Assembly: GCA_001593685.1 (NCBI GenBank)
Contig: LUKI01000006.1
Coordinates: 1,085 to 65,084, forward strand
DNA length: 64,000 nt
Direction of reading: 5' to 3'
Origin: Gammaproteobacteria bacterium F7
Lineage (GTDB): Bacteria; Pseudomonadota; Gammaproteobacteria; Pseudomonadales; IMCC2047
Under the pieces are notes generated by a model. It searched no databases. It saw only the letters and a list, made by a program, of their open reading frames with translations, and had not been told where the DNA came from. The translations under genes were made by a program, and so were the position numbers. The number at the start of each line of letters is the position of its first letter. The first letter of the stretch is position 1. Positions 51,872-62,092 of the stretch are shown here, piece after piece.

Positions 51872-52834
51872 ATGAAAGGTGTTTTTCTCGATTCTGACTC
51901 TATCGCACAAGAGCGTCTGGACCTAGGTAAGCTTAATGAGCTGCCGATTGAGTGGACATTCTACCCTCAAACCACGCCGGAGCAACGCCAGGAACGTATT
52001 GGTGATGCTGAAATCGTACTGACTAATAAAGTACCGATGGATGCGGAAATCATGGAAGCCTGCCCAAATCTCAAGCTAATTGCCGTTGTGGCAACAGGCA
52101 CCAATGTGATTGATATTGATGCGGCCAAAAAACACAATGTCGGCGTTGCTAACGTCGGTGGCTATGGCTCCTATGCCGTTGCTCAGCACACCATGACGCT
52201 GTTGTTAGCATTGGCTGCTAACGTACAACGATACAGTGACGATGTGCGTGCTGGTAAGTGGGCTGCGCAGGACCAGTTCTGCCTGCTTGATTACCCAATG
52301 TATGAGCTGAAAGGCAAAAAACTGGTCATCGTTGGTTATGGTGAAATTGGTCAGTCGGTTGCTCACATGGCCGAAGCCTTCGGTATGGAAATCCTGGTGG
52401 CCTCGAGCCGCCCTAATCAGGATAGCTTCGGCATTGTGGAGCGTCGTCCGCTGGAAGAGCTGTTGCCAATTGCTGACGCTATTACATTCCACTGCCCGCT
52501 CACACCAGCCACTGAAAACCTGATTGATGAACCACAGCTGAAAGCGATGAAAAAATCAGCGCTGATCATCAACACAGCGCGCGGCGGTTTAGTTAATGAA
52601 GCGGCTTTGGCCCAAGCACTTAAAGACGGTGAAATTGGTGGTGCAGGTGTTGACGTATTAACTGTTGAGCCGCCAAAAGCTGGCAATCCGCTGATTGATC
52701 CCGAGATCAAAAACCTGATCTTAACGCCTCACTGTGCTTGGGGCCCAGATGAAACTCGCCAGCGCCTGCTGGATGAAGTGGTACTGAACGTGGAAGCGTT
52801 CCTTAACGGTGAATCAAGAAACCGTCTCGACTAA
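51872..52834 (+). CDS. hprA: D-2-hydroxyacid (glycerate/hydroxypyruvate) dehydrogenase
   Basis: AAGGA RBS; VLTNKV, ATGTN, VAQH, GYGEIG, HCPLT, INTARGG, DVL..EPP, TPHCAW. Confidence 0.8.
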   Translation: MKGVFLDSDSIAQERLDLGKLNELPIEWTFYPQTTPEQRQERIGDAEIVLTNKVPMDAEIMEACPNLKLIAVVATGTNVIDIDAAKKHNVGVANVGGYGSYAVAQHTMTLLLALAANVQRYSDDVRAGKWAAQDQFCLLDYPMYELKGKKLVIVGYGEIGQSVAHMAEAFGMEILVASSRPNQDSFGIVERRPLEELLPIADAITFHCPLTPATENLIDEPQLKAMKKSALIINTARGGLVNEAALAQALKDGEIGGAGVDVLTVEPPKAGNPLIDPEIKNLILTPHCAWGPDETRQRLLDEVVLNVEAFLNGESRNRLD

Positions 52835-52851
52835 GTATCACCAGCGTTAAT

Positions 52852-55593
52852 ATGTCGGCTCTTTTTGATATCGACCCACTGTTTGAGTCGATTAATGATC
52901 AAACGTTACTGCTGACATCCAACCGTCGTCTTGCTGCACATATTGCTTCGGCTTACGCTGAAGCCTGCAGCAAGCGCGGTCTTCAGGTCTGGGAACAGCC
53001 TGCCATTTTTCCGATTGATGACTGGATACAGCACTGCTGGCAACAGTTAATCAGCGCCAACTCACCATTAACCTATAACAAAACCCGCTTGCATGGCCTG
53101 CAGGAAACCCTGCTTTGGGAACGCTTTATCCGCGATGATGAAAAAAGCCTGCTATTAAAGCCCTTTGCAACAGCTAAACAGGCCCAGTCTGCCTGGCGGA
53201 CCTTACAACTCTGGCGGTGTGAGCTTAGTAGTGAGTTTTATTTCCACCCCGATTGCAGCCGCTTTGCCTATTGGGCCAAGCAGTTCTCAGGTCACTGTGA
53301 AGCTCATCAATTAGTCACTCAGGCCGACCAAAGCCAAATTGTTCTGAACGCTTTTGAGCAAGGAATGCTAACCGCTGAGGCGAACATTATATTAGTTGGT
53401 TTTCAGCATTTACCGCCGCTATACGAACAGCTTATCGAAAAAGCGTCCGACAATAACCAGCTCTACCGCTCAACGACCCACGCTCCTGTCTCTCTGAAGC
53501 TGGGTTGTAATGATGTGACTGAAGAAATACATCTGGCTGCACAGTGGGCTAAGCAGGCGCTCGAAAAGAATATCGACCAGCGGCTCGCGATCATTGTGCC
53601 GGATCTGGCGCAACAGCGAGACTTCATTGAGGCAACCTTAGCCGCTGTTTTTGAGCCCCAATACATCTTACCCGACACACCACGTTATCAACTGCCGTTT
53701 AACATCAGCGCCGGCGTTTCACTCAATCAAACACCACTGGTTATTTCGGCGCTCAACCTATTGGAATTGATGCGTGATGAGTTTAACTATCACACGCTTT
53801 ATTCGCTGCTAAAGTCACCCTATATCAGGCTTGACAAAAAAACGGACTTTGATGCTAGCGTTGAGCTGGAGCTGTTTTTGCGTGAGGGCGGCTGGCCTCA
53901 ATTCAGCTTACAAAGCCTACTGCATCGCGTAACTCAAAAACCAGCCATTAATGCACACTATGCGGACTTTATCTCAGCCCTAAAAACCGCAAAATCACTG
54001 CAGGATCAAACCAGCCAAAAAGCGGATTTAACGCATTGGTATACGGTTTTTAATACCCTGCTGCGCAGCTTTAACTGGCCATCTACAGAGCGGCGACTTG
54101 ATAGCATAGAGTTCCAGCACTTTCGTCGCTGGCAGCAGGCGTTAGCCGATTTTTCCAATCTTGCTGAGAGTGTCGGTAACGTGAGCCTAAACGAGGCCTT
54201 GAACCTGCTTACTCGAGTGCTGGGTAGTACAGATTTCCAGGCACAAACTCCGCAAACGCCAATCCAAGTGCTGGGTATGCTGGAGGGTAGCGGCTTAAAT
54301 TTTGATGCTGTTTGGCTGGTCGGTCTTAATGATCACCTTTGGCCTGCAGCGGCAAACCCGAACCCTTTTATTCCCATTCCGATGCAGCAGCAATTTGCGA
54401 TGCCGCACGCCAGTCCAGAGCGAGAGTTACAGTTTTCGCGTGAACTACTTCGCGATTATCTACACAGCGGTGCACAGGTCATTGCCAGTTATTCGCTCAA
54501 CAACGGCGATGAACCGCTACGGGCCAGCAGTCTAATTGATGATTTTGTAGCGACAACTAAAGACCAACTTAACTTAGTCACGGATACGTCACACCCCTTC
54601 TATAGCGAGTTAACGAATAGCTCTGAGAGTTTTCGAGCACTTGAGCCGTATAACGACGATACCGGTCCGACATTGAACATAGATACTGAGCGCGTTGTCG
54701 GCGGTTCGGCTTTGCTTAAGGATCAAGCGGCCTGCCCGTTTCGCGCCTTCGCGAACCACCGTTTGTCAGCACGAGATCTACCCGAACCCAGTTATCACCT
54801 AGATGCAGCGCAGCGTGGCACTGTTTTACATGCCGCCCTTGAACAGTTATGGCTGACACTAAAAAACTCCTCTACCTTGATCGCGCGCGATGCAGCAGCC
54901 CTTCAACAGGACATGAGTGACGCCGTACGTAAAGCGCTCAAACCACTAATCGCGCAGCGCGATGACCTATTTGGCGCGGTTTATACGGACAATGAAGCAC
55001 AACGCTTACAGCGTTTACTGGCGCGGTGGCTGCAAATAGAAAAATCCCGTAGCGCGTTCGATGTGGTTGCAACAGAAAAGGCGCTGGTCATCAATATCGC
55101 TGAAATGCCGCTACGTGTCAGGGTTGACCGTATTGACCGGCTCGATGATGGCAGCTTAATGCTGATTGATTATAAAACTGGCTTTTGCAGCACCTCAAAG
55201 TGGCAGGGAGAACGGCTTGAAGAGCCGCAGCTACCATTGTATATGGTGACGATGGCTGGTATCTCTGAGCCACAAGGTGAACAAGATCGTATAGAAAGCC
55301 TCGCCTTTGCTCGTATTAATATCGATCAACAGGGCTTTGTTGGTATTTCAGCCCAGGAGGGTGTTGCGCCTGGCGTATATAGCATTGAGAAAAGCCGTGG
55401 CTGGGATGCCAGTCTTTCCTGGTCAGATATCAACCAACAATGGCTGCAATCACTGGAGTCACTCGCAAACGAATTTAAAACGGGTGTGGCCACGGTTGCC
55501 CCTTTGCAAAATAACACCTGTCAGTTTTGCCATTTGCACTCACTGTGTCGGATTCATCAGCTCAACGAACTATCGAGTGAGGCCGATGAATGA
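52852..55593 (+). CDS. addB: AddB-like inactive helicase / PD-(D/E)XK nuclease with Fe-S cluster
   Basis: DQAACPFRAF, RGTVLH, RVDRID, IDYKTG, CQFC...C. Confidence 0.78.
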   Translation: MSALFDIDPLFESINDQTLLLTSNRRLAAHIASAYAEACSKRGLQVWEQPAIFPIDDWIQHCWQQLISANSPLTYNKTRLHGLQETLLWERFIRDDEKSLLLKPFATAKQAQSAWRTLQLWRCELSSEFYFHPDCSRFAYWAKQFSGHCEAHQLVTQADQSQIVLNAFEQGMLTAEANIILVGFQHLPPLYEQLIEKASDNNQLYRSTTHAPVSLKLGCNDVTEEIHLAAQWAKQALEKNIDQRLAIIVPDLAQQRDFIEATLAAVFEPQYILPDTPRYQLPFNISAGVSLNQTPLVISALNLLELMRDEFNYHTLYSLLKSPYIRLDKKTDFDASVELELFLREGGWPQFSLQSLLHRVTQKPAINAHYADFISALKTAKSLQDQTSQKADLTHWYTVFNTLLRSFNWPSTERRLDSIEFQHFRRWQQALADFSNLAESVGNVSLNEALNLLTRVLGSTDFQAQTPQTPIQVLGMLEGSGLNFDAVWLVGLNDHLWPAAANPNPFIPIPMQQQFAMPHASPERELQFSRELLRDYLHSGAQVIASYSLNNGDEPLRASSLIDDFVATTKDQLNLVTDTSHPFYSELTNSSESFRALEPYNDDTGPTLNIDTERVVGGSALLKDQAACPFRAFANHRLSARDLPEPSYHLDAAQRGTVLHAALEQLWLTLKNSSTLIARDAAALQQDMSDAVRKALKPLIAQRDDLFGAVYTDNEAQRLQRLLARWLQIEKSRSAFDVVATEKALVINIAEMPLRVRVDRIDRLDDGSLMLIDYKTGFCSTSKWQGERLEEPQLPLYMVTMAGISEPQGEQDRIESLAFARINIDQQGFVGISAQEGVAPGVYSIEKSRGWDASLSWSDINQQWLQSLESLANEFKTGVATVAPLQNNTCQFCHLHSLCRIHQLNELSSEADE

Positions 55594-55629
55594 AACTGAC
55601 ACCGTTAATCACGACACAGGTTATCGACA

Positions 55630-58600
55630 ATGACTGAGATTGTTGATGGCGTCCAGCGTACCCGCGCCCTTGACCCGAATACCTCCTTTGCTGTCACAGC
55701 ACCGGCGGGATCGGGAAAAACAGAGCTGTTAATTCAACGTAGCCTGACGTTACTGGCGCGCGTTGAGAAACCCGAAGAGCTGCTTGCAATTACCTTTACG
55801 CGCAAGGCTGCCAATGAAATGCGCAGTCGAATTCTTGACGCATTACGTAATGGCCAGTCAGTCCAGGCACCTGACGAAGCGCATAAACTCAATACCTGGA
55901 CACTGGCTCGCGCGGTTTTACAACAGGATAAAAAGCATAACTGGCTTTTGCTCGACAATCCGAATCGCCTACGTATTCAAACTATCGACAGTTTTTGTAT
56001 GCGCTTGGTGCAGCGTATGCCGCTGTTATCCCGGTTAGGTTCTGAGGCGAGTGTCAGTGATGATGCTCAAACTCAGTATCAGCAGGCTTCACGTCGGTTG
56101 CTGGCGAGGCTTGAAGATCGCACGGCAGCCCACGGCTGTATCAGCGAGGATTTACAACGATTACTCAGTCACCTTGATAACAATACGGCCCGCATAGAAG
56201 CCCTGCTCTGTTCAATTTTAAGTAAGCGTGAGCAATGGTTGCGACACTTCATTTCGGCAAAACAGGCGCATTTTGATTTTCGTGGTTATCTGGAAAACTG
56301 CCTTACAGAATTAGTGGAAGAAGCGTTACAGGACTGTACTGAATCACTGCTGATGTTTGAGTCATCCTTAATGCAGTCAGTGGATTTTGCCTGCCAACAG
56401 TTGCATCAATTGGCGCCTGATGCCCCTCTTTTGCAATGTGCTGGACTGACAGCGCTGCCCGATTGTAATCCGCAGGCGTTGCCTCAGTGGCGTGCTATTT
56501 GCGACCTGCTGTTGACCAAAGACGGGCGTTTTCGCGCCACTCTGACTAAAAATCAGGGCTTCCCTGCCAGTAATAAAAAGGATGAAAAGGAAACTTTTAA
56601 AGCGGCTAAAGCTGACTGCCTTGCGCTTATCAATGATTTGGCGCAACAGCCTGGCCTATTGGCGCAATTGCAGGAGGTAAGCAACCTGCCATCGGTGGAC
56701 TATTCCGATCAGCAATGGCAGCTGCTAGACACCCTGACCCGTTTACTACCAACACTGGTGGCCGAGCTAACGCTGGTCTTTATGGAGCAGGGGCAGCTCG
56801 ATTATGCTCAAATATCCAGTGCGGCTTCGCTGGCGCTCGGCGATGATGAGCAACCCTCTGATATCGCCCTGCTACTGGATTATCAAATCAAACACATTCT
56901 TGTGGATGAGTTTCAGGATACTGCAACACCGCAGTTTAATCTGTTGCGTCGGCTCACCGATGGCTGGGAAGCCGGCGATGGCCGGACTCTGTTCATCGTG
57001 GGAGATGGAATGCAGTCCTGTTACGGCTTTCGCGAAGCCAATGTCGGATTATTTCTGGCTGCACGTGAATTTGGTATTGGTAATGCGCAACTTGAAGCAT
57101 TAGATCTACAAACTAATTTCCGTTCAGATGCTGGCATCGTGAATTGGGTTAATGATAGCTTTGCCCGCGCTTTCCCTGCTCAGGACAATATTGCCCGCGG
57201 TGCTGTTACCTACAGCCGATCCGTAGCTATCCAAGCAGAAAACCAAGCGCAGGCGGTACAGTTTTTTGGCTGTATCGATGAGCAAGGCCGCGATTGCGAA
57301 GCGCAAAAAGTGGTCGAATTAGTCGGTCAAATCAGTCTCGACTACCCTGCCGACAGCATTGCCATTTTAGTGCGTAACCGCTCCCACTTGCGCGATATTA
57401 TGCCTGCTCTGCGTCGCGCTAATATCAGCTGGCGCGCTGTGGACATTGATCCACTTTCCCAGCGGCCTTTGGTAAGCGATTTGATGGCCCTAACGCAGGC
57501 ACTGTTAAATCCAGCTGATCGAGTGGCCTGGCTGTCGATATTAAGAGCGCCCTGGTGTGGTTTAAGTCTCGAGGATTTACATACACTCACCGCATCAGCT
57601 GTCGGGCAATCAGCTCGATATACTAGCATTTGGTCGCAGCTACAGGAAAAAAGCCGCCGAGACTTATTGAGTGCTAATGGAGAAAAGTCACTTAACCGAT
57701 TGTTATCCATCATAAAGCCTGCAATTAATCAGCGCCGGAGAAAACCGTTACGCCAGTGGGTGGAAGGCATTTGGATTGCGCTCGGAGGGCCGTTAACAGC
57801 CGCCTCCTCTCAGGATTTAGCCCAGGCTCCCGCCTTTTTTGAGCTGCTATCACAACATGAAAATGGCGCCGATATCGCTGATTTTGGTGCTTTTAAGGAG
57901 GCTGTTTCACGACTCTTTGCCAAGCCGGAAAGTGACACCAACATCCGCCTGCAAATCATGACCATTCACAAATCCAAAGGGCTTGAATTTGATCATGTTA
58001 TTTTGCCGGGCCTGGATCGGGGTAACCCGTCCCGCAATCAGGAGCTGTTACTTTGGCATGAGCGCTTGTCTACCGCAGGTGAACCGCTGCTACTGATGGG
58101 ATCACTGCCTGAAAAAGGTGGTGATGGCGATGCGCTTTACGATTACCTGAAACGTGAGCACCGCCTCAAAGAACAGCTCGAAAATACACGTTTGCTTTAT
58201 GTTGGTGCCACACGAGCGGTTAAACAGCTCCGTCTGCTGGCTAACGTTGTGCGTCGGGATGAAAACAGCGATGACATGAAAACGCCGTCCGAAAATAGTT
58301 TGCTGCACAGCCTCTGGCCACAAATTAAAGACCAATTAGAGATCGTGGACGCTTCAAATAACACCGCGGGCACCGAGTGTGGTGTTTCAGAAACAGCGTC
58401 AACGCTGTCTCGTTTAGCGAGCGACTGGCACCATCCCGACTTCCAGCAGGGGCAGTTATTGGCCAGCTACCGCGGTCACGAATACCAGGGTAACAATGTA
58501 CCTGAATTAGAACTTGATGCGCAGGCCTATTCTGCAACTGCACAGGCGCAATGCCTTAAGAGTTTGCTATTGAGTATTGCTGAACTGGGAAGCCAGTACT

Positions 58601-59046
58601 GGCAACAGGCAGAACCACAGGCACTCGATGCCCTTTTAAAACACCATCTGCAATTATCTGGTTTGCAAGCCCATACCGATAACGCAATCACTATACAGCA
58701 ACGCTTAAAAGCCGTATTAGCCTGTCAACAGGGACAGTGGCTTCTGGATAATCGACACTCAAGCGCACGCAGTAACTGGCAGCTAAATGAGCGTATCAGC
58801 GTTACTAATAAGATCGAGACCCAACAACACCTTATCGACCGCTCTTTTGTTGTCGATGATCAATGCTGGCTCATTCAAGTTGACACACAGACGGTGACAG
58901 CAAATCAACAAACCGCAGAACCCAATAAAGTTCACTTGATAGCCGCGGCCAACGCTCTCAGTCAACTGAATAGCCGGTCTGTCAAAGTAGCTGTCTATTT
59001 CGCAGCCAGTGAGCCGCCGATGTTGGTAGAACTAGAAAACGGCTGA
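55630..59046 (+). CDS. addA: AddA-like UvrD helicase with degenerate C-terminal nuclease
   Basis: APAGSGKT, ITFTRKAA, TIDS, VDEFQDT, VGD..QS.YGFR, NFRS, MTIHKSKGLEF, RLLYVGATRA. Confidence 0.82.
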   Translation: MTEIVDGVQRTRALDPNTSFAVTAPAGSGKTELLIQRSLTLLARVEKPEELLAITFTRKAANEMRSRILDALRNGQSVQAPDEAHKLNTWTLARAVLQQDKKHNWLLLDNPNRLRIQTIDSFCMRLVQRMPLLSRLGSEASVSDDAQTQYQQASRRLLARLEDRTAAHGCISEDLQRLLSHLDNNTARIEALLCSILSKREQWLRHFISAKQAHFDFRGYLENCLTELVEEALQDCTESLLMFESSLMQSVDFACQQLHQLAPDAPLLQCAGLTALPDCNPQALPQWRAICDLLLTKDGRFRATLTKNQGFPASNKKDEKETFKAAKADCLALINDLAQQPGLLAQLQEVSNLPSVDYSDQQWQLLDTLTRLLPTLVAELTLVFMEQGQLDYAQISSAASLALGDDEQPSDIALLLDYQIKHILVDEFQDTATPQFNLLRRLTDGWEAGDGRTLFIVGDGMQSCYGFREANVGLFLAAREFGIGNAQLEALDLQTNFRSDAGIVNWVNDSFARAFPAQDNIARGAVTYSRSVAIQAENQAQAVQFFGCIDEQGRDCEAQKVVELVGQISLDYPADSIAILVRNRSHLRDIMPALRRANISWRAVDIDPLSQRPLVSDLMALTQALLNPADRVAWLSILRAPWCGLSLEDLHTLTASAVGQSARYTSIWSQLQEKSRRDLLSANGEKSLNRLLSIIKPAINQRRRKPLRQWVEGIWIALGGPLTAASSQDLAQAPAFFELLSQHENGADIADFGAFKEAVSRLFAKPESDTNIRLQIMTIHKSKGLEFDHVILPGLDRGNPSRNQELLLWHERLSTAGEPLLLMGSLPEKGGDGDALYDYLKREHRLKEQLENTRLLYVGATRAVKQLRLLANVVRRDENSDDMKTPSENSLLHSLWPQIKDQLEIVDASNNTAGTECGVSETASTLSRLASDWHHPDFQQGQLLASYRGHEYQGNNVPELELDAQAYSATAQAQCLKSLLLSIAELGSQYWQQAEPQALDALLKHHLQLSGLQAHTDNAITIQQRLKAVLACQQGQWLLDNRHSSARSNWQLNERISVTNKIETQQHLIDRSFVVDDQCWLIQVDTQTVTANQQTAEPNKVHLIAAANALSQLNSRSVKVAVYFAASEPPMLVELENG

Positions 59047-59263
59047 GTAAACTTATGTTCTTTTGCGGGCCTGCCTGGGCGCTAAGGGCAGCATAAACTT
59101 GTTCTTAGGTTGATAGCTTATTTTCTCTTCAAATATGCCCGTAAAAGCCCTTATATCCGCTATTTTTTTACTATATGATATGTGGCCTTCGTCTACCCTC
59201 CAGGCCTTTTGTTTGGGGGCGTAAAAGCCAATACGCATAGATTTCCAGATTCAAGGTTTAGAA

Positions 59264-60340
59264 ATGACAACTTCACGTTTGACCAATGTTAACGTTCGCT
59301 CTCAGGATGTGTTGATTACGCCTGAGAAACTTAAGCAGGAAATTCCTGTTACCGATGTAGCGCGAGAGACTGTTCTCAACGGCCGCCAGCAAATTCAGGA
59401 TATCCTGGATGGTAAAGACCACCGTTTGATGGTTGTCGTTGGCCCTTGCTCAATTCATGACATTAAAGCAGCTAAAGATTACGCATCGCGTCTGAAAAAG
59501 CTGGCTGATGAGGTAAAAGACAGCCTGCTAATCGTCATGCGTGTGTATTTTGAAAAACCACGCACTACTGTTGGCTGGAAAGGTCTGGTTAACGATCCTC
59601 ATATGGACGATTCTTTCCAGATTGAAGAAGGCCTGCACATTGGTCGTCAGTTGTTGCTTGACCTGGCTGAAATGGGACTACCCACCGCCACTGAAGCGCT
59701 GGACCCTATTTCTCCACAGTACCTTCAGGATCTGATCAGCTGGTCAGCGATTGGCGCACGTACCACGGAATCACAAACACACCGTGAAATGTCCAGCGGA
59801 CTATCCGTTGCCATTGGTTTCAAAAACGGCACTGACGGTGGTTTATCCGTTGCTATCAACGCACTGCAGTCGGTTTCTCACCCGCACAGTTTTCTGGGTA
59901 TGAATCCAAGTGGTCAAGTGGCTGTGATTCGTACAACCGGCAACCAATATGGACACATTGTTCTGCGTGGTGGTGGCGGTAAACCAAACTATGATTCAGT
60001 TAGCGTGCAACTGTGTGAAAAGCGTTTGGAAGAAGCAGGTCTCAAGAAAAACATTATGGTTGATACCAGCCACGCTAACTCCAGTAAAGATCCAGCATTA
60101 CAACCGCTGGTGATGGAAAATGTCACCAACCAGATTCTGGAAGGTAATAACTCCATCATTGGTTTAATGATCGAAAGTAATCTGGAATTCGGCAACCAGC
60201 CAATCCCGGATGATCTCAGCGAGCTGCGTTACGGCGTGTCCGTAACCGATGGCTGTATTGACTGGAAAACCACCGAAGATTCCTTGCGCGACATGTTCAA
60301 CAAGCTCAAGGATGTACTGCCAAACCGCGAGCGCGGCTAA
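59264..60340 (+). CDS. DAHP synthase class I (AroF/G/H family)
   Basis: GPCSIHD, MRVYFEKPRT.VGWKG, IGARTTESQ.HR, FKNGTDG, LRGG, D.SHANS, SVTDGC. Confidence 0.95.
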   Translation: MTTSRLTNVNVRSQDVLITPEKLKQEIPVTDVARETVLNGRQQIQDILDGKDHRLMVVVGPCSIHDIKAAKDYASRLKKLADEVKDSLLIVMRVYFEKPRTTVGWKGLVNDPHMDDSFQIEEGLHIGRQLLLDLAEMGLPTATEALDPISPQYLQDLISWSAIGARTTESQTHREMSSGLSVAIGFKNGTDGGLSVAINALQSVSHPHSFLGMNPSGQVAVIRTTGNQYGHIVLRGGGGKPNYDSVSVQLCEKRLEEAGLKKNIMVDTSHANSSKDPALQPLVMENVTNQILEGNNSIIGLMIESNLEFGNQPIPDDLSELRYGVSVTDGCIDWKTTEDSLRDMFNKLKDVLPNRERG

Positions 60341-60357
60341 GCAGCTTTATGGTTTAA

Positions 60358-60388
60358 GCGTTTACGAGCAACGTTTGTTCGTAAACGC
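60358..60388 (+). other. Long hairpin after the DAHP synthase gene (no U tract)
   Basis: GCGTTTACGAGCAA-CGT-TTGTTCGTAAACGC. Confidence 0.55.
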
Positions 60389-60418
60389 CGACCAAAGCCC
60401 CCTTCTACTTCCTACCGC

Positions 60419-61234
60419 ATGATTAACAACTGTTCGCCAATTCACGTTTTACAAATCACAGACCTTCATCTTAAAGCTGATCCGGCCGCCCTCTGGCGTG
60501 GACACAATGTCCAGCAATCACTGGACGCTGTTTTGGAGCGTGCTCGCCAACATCAACACTGGCCACCGCAAGTTATTCTGGTGACCGGCGATATTGTTGA
60601 TGACGAAACAGCTGAAGGCTATCGACAAACTTATCACCGTTTAGCAAACCAATTGCGTGAACAGCTGGGTAATGCAGCCAGCACAACTAAAATCGGTTTT
60701 ATTCCCGGTAACCATGATGACTCGTCAATCCTGGAAGAAAGCGTTAAATCACTTAAGCTTTTTGGGTGCGGCTCTTTTGCGCTCAACAACTGGCAAATTA
60801 TACAGCTCGACAGCAGCTTAATGGACAGTGATGACGGTGAGTTGGGTGAGCAGCAACTAGCCGTTTTGGACTCCGCCCTGTCTTCACCACAGGCTCCTAA
60901 TAGCCTTATTGTTCTGCATCACCCACTGGTAAAACTCAATAGTGCCTGGATGGATAGCATGCGAGTGAAGGACGCTGCGGCACTCTTCTCCAGAGTTGAT
61001 ACCTTTAACACGCTTGGTGGGCAGCAAGTCCGTGCGATAACCTGGGGCCATGCGCATCAGGAGACGGAATTAGCACACGGGCAGGTGCGATTGTTTGGCA
61101 CACCGGCGGCTGGCCCCGTCCAATTTACAGCCGGTAGTGATGACTTTGCCATCGACACTAATTTGGCAGCGGGTTTTCGCTGGCTTACGTTACAGCCCAA
61201 CGGCCAGATTGACACGCAGGTTTTTCGCGTCTAA
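60419..61234 (+). CDS. cpdA: 3',5'-cyclic-AMP phosphodiesterase (CpdA-like metallophosphoesterase)
   Basis: TDLH, TGDIVD, PGNHD, LHHP, WMD, GHAHQ, QF...DFA.D...GFR. Confidence 0.82.
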   Translation: MINNCSPIHVLQITDLHLKADPAALWRGHNVQQSLDAVLERARQHQHWPPQVILVTGDIVDDETAEGYRQTYHRLANQLREQLGNAASTTKIGFIPGNHDDSSILEESVKSLKLFGCGSFALNNWQIIQLDSSLMDSDDGELGEQQLAVLDSALSSPQAPNSLIVLHHPLVKLNSAWMDSMRVKDAAALFSRVDTFNTLGGQQVRAITWGHAHQETELAHGQVRLFGTPAAGPVQFTAGSDDFAIDTNLAAGFRWLTLQPNGQIDTQVFRV

Positions 61235-61274
61235 CACACCGCCCACTTTTTAAAATTCATAGGTCTTAGTTGAT

Positions 61275-62090
61275 ATGAAAATTATCTCCTTCAACATTAA
61301 CGGTATTCGCGCTCGCATTCCTCAGCTGCAGGCGATTATTGACCACCACCAGCCTGATGTGATTGGTCTTCAGGAATCAAAGGTTAATGATCCCGACTTC
61401 CCCGTTGAGGCAATAAACAACATGGGCTATGCCGTAAATTACCACGGCCAAAAATCACATTATGGCGTTGCCATGTTATCGCGTATGGAGCCAAAGGCTA
61501 TCCAGAAAGGCTGGCCTGACGATGGAGAAGATGCTCAACGCCGTATGATTATTGGTCAGTTCGAGTGCAGTGATGGTGGACTTATTACTGTGCTAAACGG
61601 GTATTTTCCGCAGGGCGAGAGCAACAAGCACGAAACTAAGTTTCCGGCCAAACGAAAGTTTTATGCCGACCTAATGCATTACCTGGAAACCCATCACACA
61701 CCGTCCGACCGTGTCGTTGTGATGGGCGATTTCAACATTTCACCCACCGACAATGATATTGGTATTGGTGAAAAAAATGCTAAACGTTGGCTGCAAACTG
61801 GAAAATGCAGTTTTCTACCGGAAGAAAGGGAATGGTATGACAGGCTTCTCGCCTGGGGCCTATTGGATAGTTTTCGCATCCAAAACCCTGAGATAAATGA
61901 CCGCTATAGCTGGTTTGATTATCGCAGCAAAGGTTTTGATGATACGCCAAAACGCGGCCTGCGCATCGATCACATACTGATCACACAACCACTGGTTGAA
62001 CACCTGACCGATACCGGTATTGATTATGAGGCACGGGCTATGGAAAAACCGTCCGATCACTGCCCTGTCTGGGCCAGTTTAAACCTATAG
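61275..62090 (+). CDS. xthA: Exodeoxyribonuclease III
   Basis: [44 protein letters not shown]. Confidence 0.95.
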   Translation: MKIISFNINGIRARIPQLQAIIDHHQPDVIGLQESKVNDPDFPVEAINNMGYAVNYHGQKSHYGVAMLSRMEPKAIQKGWPDDGEDAQRRMIIGQFECSDGGLITVLNGYFPQGESNKHETKFPAKRKFYADLMHYLETHHTPSDRVVVMGDFNISPTDNDIGIGEKNAKRWLQTGKCSFLPEEREWYDRLLAWGLLDSFRIQNPEINDRYSWFDYRSKGFDDTPKRGLRIDHILITQPLVEHLTDTGIDYEARAMEKPSDHCPVWASLNL

Positions 62091-62092
62091 CC

